64,000 bases of DNA, taken from Gammaproteobacteria bacterium (GTDB taxonomy: Bacteria; Pseudomonadota; Gammaproteobacteria; Pseudomonadales; Azotimanducaceae). The notes under the pieces were generated by a model that was not told the DNA's origin, did not search any database, and saw nothing but the letters and a program-made list of their open reading frames with translations. Both the position numbers and the translations under genes were made by a program. The stretch spans positions 20,725 to 84,724 of the forward strand of contig NZGG01000009.1 in assembly GCA_002690865.1 (NCBI GenBank), written 5' to 3'. Shown in pieces: positions 61,926 through 64,000 of this stretch (positions are counted from its first letter, which is position 1; every line of letters begins with the position of its first letter).

Positions 61926-63655
61926 CGACCGCGTAAAAATAAACCGTCTAATTCAGAGACGGTTAATAAGGAGAATGTAGGGCGACCATGATTACACTGA
62001 GCGCTGCGCTTAGTTTCTTCCATCGCTCTCAAAAGCGCATTCATTTCTTCTAACGAAAGTTTTCGGTTAGCTCTAACCGAGCCATGACATGCCATCGTGG
62101 AAAGTATATCGTCTTTTTTTTCATGGATTTTTATCATCGAACCAAATTCGACCAGATCGGAAAGCACATCTCGAACCAATTGTTCTGCATTGCTCACGGG
62201 CAATAATGAAGGTATCGCTCGAATTATTAACGACTCCTCTGAAGCAATAGATAACTCTATACCAAGGGCCATCAGTTCATTAGAAAATAAGTCAACAACA
62301 TTAACTTCAGATGGGGCGACAGCAATCGTGACCGGTATTAATAATGGCTGCATTTTTAGATCTTTCTCTGCAATTTTGAGTCTTTCGTAAATTATTCGCT
62401 CGTGGGCCGCATGCATATCCACAATGACTAGGCCATGTTCATTTTGTGCAAGAATATAGATCCCGTGAAGCTGAGCCAAAGCATATCCAAGGGGAGGCAT
62501 ATCATCAGAATGATCTGAAATAATCTCTGATACGCCTTTTAAGGGCATTTGATTTTTATGAATCGCAGTATTCGAGCGGAGGTCTTGGGAAGGTCCTTCC
62601 ATTACAAATTTCGATTGAGTTGGTATAGAACTATACTGGTCTAAATTCGGTTTTTTGAGAAGTTCTCTTGGGCTAACATCTCCCAACCGTTTGTGTAAGA
62701 CACCAAATATAAAATCATGCACTTCTCTAGAATCTCTGAAACGTACCTCATTTTTAGTAGGATGCACATTCACATCGACGGCAGTTGGATCAATATCTAA
62801 AAATAAAGCAAATACTGGCTGACGAGACTGGTAAAGAACGTCAGAGTATGCGCGCTTTACTGCGTGTGCTATAAGCTTATCCCTTATGACCCGCGAGTTA
62901 ACAAAAAAGTACTGCTGATCGGCTTGGCTACGAGAATACGTTGGTAATGATACCCAACCCGAGAGCCTTATATTCTCTCTATGCTCATCTAAATATATGG
63001 CATTTTCAGTAAATCCTTGACCGAATGCATCTCGCAATCGGCGCATTTTATCTTCATTAGAACTTGACGCACGGTAGTTCCGAGTAATTTTCCCATCATT
63101 ACTGAGCGTAATATTTATTTCCGGGCGGCAAATGCTTACTTTACGAACAATTTCGTCAATCCGCAGATATTCAGTACGTTCAGTCCTTAAAAACTTTCTA
63201 CGGGCAGGCACATTATAGAAAAGATCTCGCACTTCGACAGAAGTCCCCCTCGACTGTTTTTCTGCCCTAATTTCGTTGTTGGATGTAATCGACCAACCAA
63301 TATTGTCATCCCCATTATTACTCGTAAGTGTTAATCGAGAAACCGAAGCGATGCTAGCTAATGCCTCCCCACGAAAGCCTAACGTTCCAACAGACTCTAA
63401 ATCAGAAATAGTCGCAATCTTACTCGTAGCGTGCCGAGATAGCGCAAGAGCGAGATCCTGCTTAGCTATTCCACCACCTTGATCACGGATTTTGATTAAT
63501 CTAGAACCTCCAGACTCTAAAAAAATATCAATATATTTACTCTCTGCGTCGAGACTATTCTCCAGCAATTCTTTAACTACTGATGCCGGACGTTCTATGA
63601 CTTCTCCCGCCGCTATTTGATTAGCTAAGCTTGGACTTAATTGCTTTATTCTCAT
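61922..63655 (-). CDS. mutL: DNA mismatch repair protein MutL
   Basis: 577 aa. GHKL ATPase N-terminus IAAGEVIERPASVVKELLENSLDA and GFRGEAL. C-terminal dimerisation domain ending ...CNHGRPT. Confidence 0.96.
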   Translation of the reverse strand: MRIKQLSPSLANQIAAGEVIERPASVVKELLENSLDAESKYIDIFLESGGSRLIKIRDQGGGIAKQDLALALSRHATSKIATISDLESVGTLGFRGEALASIASVSRLTLTSNNGDDNIGWSITSNNEIRAEKQSRGTSVEVRDLFYNVPARRKFLRTERTEYLRIDEIVRKVSICRPEINITLSNDGKITRNYRASSSNEDKMRRLRDAFGQGFTENAIYLDEHRENIRLSGWVSLPTYSRSQADQQYFFVNSRVIRDKLIAHAVKRAYSDVLYQSRQPVFALFLDIDPTAVDVNVHPTKNEVRFRDSREVHDFIFGVLHKRLGDVSPRELLKKPNLDQYSSIPTQSKFVMEGPSQDLRSNTAIHKNQMPLKGVSEIISDHSDDMPPLGYALAQLHGIYILAQNEHGLVIVDMHAAHERIIYERLKIAEKDLKMQPLLIPVTIAVAPSEVNVVDLFSNELMALGIELSIASEESLIIRAIPSLLPVSNAEQLVRDVLSDLVEFGSMIKIHEKKDDILSTMACHGSVRANRKLSLEEMNALLRAMEETKRSAQCNHGRPTFSLLTVSELDGLFLRGR

Positions 63656-63718
63656 CTAAATTAATCATCATCAAATGCAAATTCGTTCCACCAGTTTCTC
63701 AAACTTATGGTCTACAAC

Positions 63719-64000
63719 CTAGCTCGCTGGGATTTTTAGTACCTGACCCACCCTAATTTTATCGTTTACTAAGCCATTGGTTAGCTTTATTTTCTCTGCT
63801 TCTATCTGGTAACGATTTGCGATTTTAGACAGAGTATCACCGCGCACTATGGTGTACGTTGTTTGTTCTTTACCTCGACCAGCCTTTCTCCAGGCAAGCA
63901 ATGAATCTGGCGGAGGATTATTCTCTAAATATTGACGTACTCCAGTAAAAATAGCTTTTGCAATACGTTTCTGGTGAATTGGATTTGCCAGTTTTTGAGC
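63719..64000 (-). CDS. amiB: N-acetylmuramoyl-L-alanine amidase, C-terminal part with LysM domain (gene runs off the right edge)
   Basis: The in-frame minus-strand reading from 64000 gives AQKLANPIHQKRIAKAIFTGVRQYLENNPPPD...YTIVRGDTLSKIANRYQIEAEKIKLTNGLVNDKIRVGQVLKIPAS*. This is the end of an amidase_3 domain plus LysM. amiB-mutL-miaA-hfq synteny. Confidence 0.7.
   Translation of the reverse strand, partial: AQKLANPIHQKRIAKAIFTGVRQYLENNPPPDSLLAWRKAGRGKEQTTYTIVRGDTLSKIANRYQIEAEKIKLTNGLVNDKIRVGQVLKIPAS

Overview
This 64-kb window is a moderately AT-rich gammaproteobacterial chromosome segment. Core genes are about 43% GC in the few 60-nt stretches I counted by hand. It is almost entirely housekeeping genes, mostly on the minus strand and tightly packed, with many 1-23 nt overlaps.

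There are three conserved syntenic blocks:
1. pnp-rpsO-truB-rbfA-infB-nusA-rimP, tRNA-fMet, tRNA-Leu, secG-tpiA-glmM-folP-ftsH-rlmE, yhbY, greA, carBA, dapB, dnaJ-dnaK-grpE-hrcA, recN, fur, bamE, ratA, smpB, ssrA.
2. xseB-ispA-dxs, ribA, pgpA-thiL-nusB-ribH-ribD-nrdR.
3. radA-alr-dnaB-rplI-(membrane protein)-rpsR-rpsF, rlmB-rnr, tRNA-Leu, purA-yjeT-hflC-hflK-hflX-hfq-miaA-mutL-amiB.

As far as I recall, this gene order resembles Pseudomonas and related orders. A compositionally mosaic accessory segment of about 6.5 kb lies directly 3' of ssrA. It carries a GC-rich Cys-type sulfatase, an AT-rich SAM methyltransferase, a small secreted protein, hemH, a degenerate GGDEF protein and a Nudix hydrolase.

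I found no rRNA, CRISPR, transposase, integrase, phage or recognisable defence genes. I do not see a convincing novel multi-gene system.

The most unusual items are:
- a decayed rnfH pseudogene
- the ssrA-adjacent mosaic, including the methyltransferase / secreted protein / hemH trio
- a GGDEF protein with an intact I-site but a destroyed active site
- hrcA placed upstream of grpE and dnaK, which carry sigma-32-type promoters and no CIRCE
- a hairpin 30 nt upstream of carA
- an uncharacterised polytopic membrane protein inside the rpsF-rpsR-rplI operon

Several ORF-track N-termini were trimmed to conserved starts. The track translates TTG and GTG as M.
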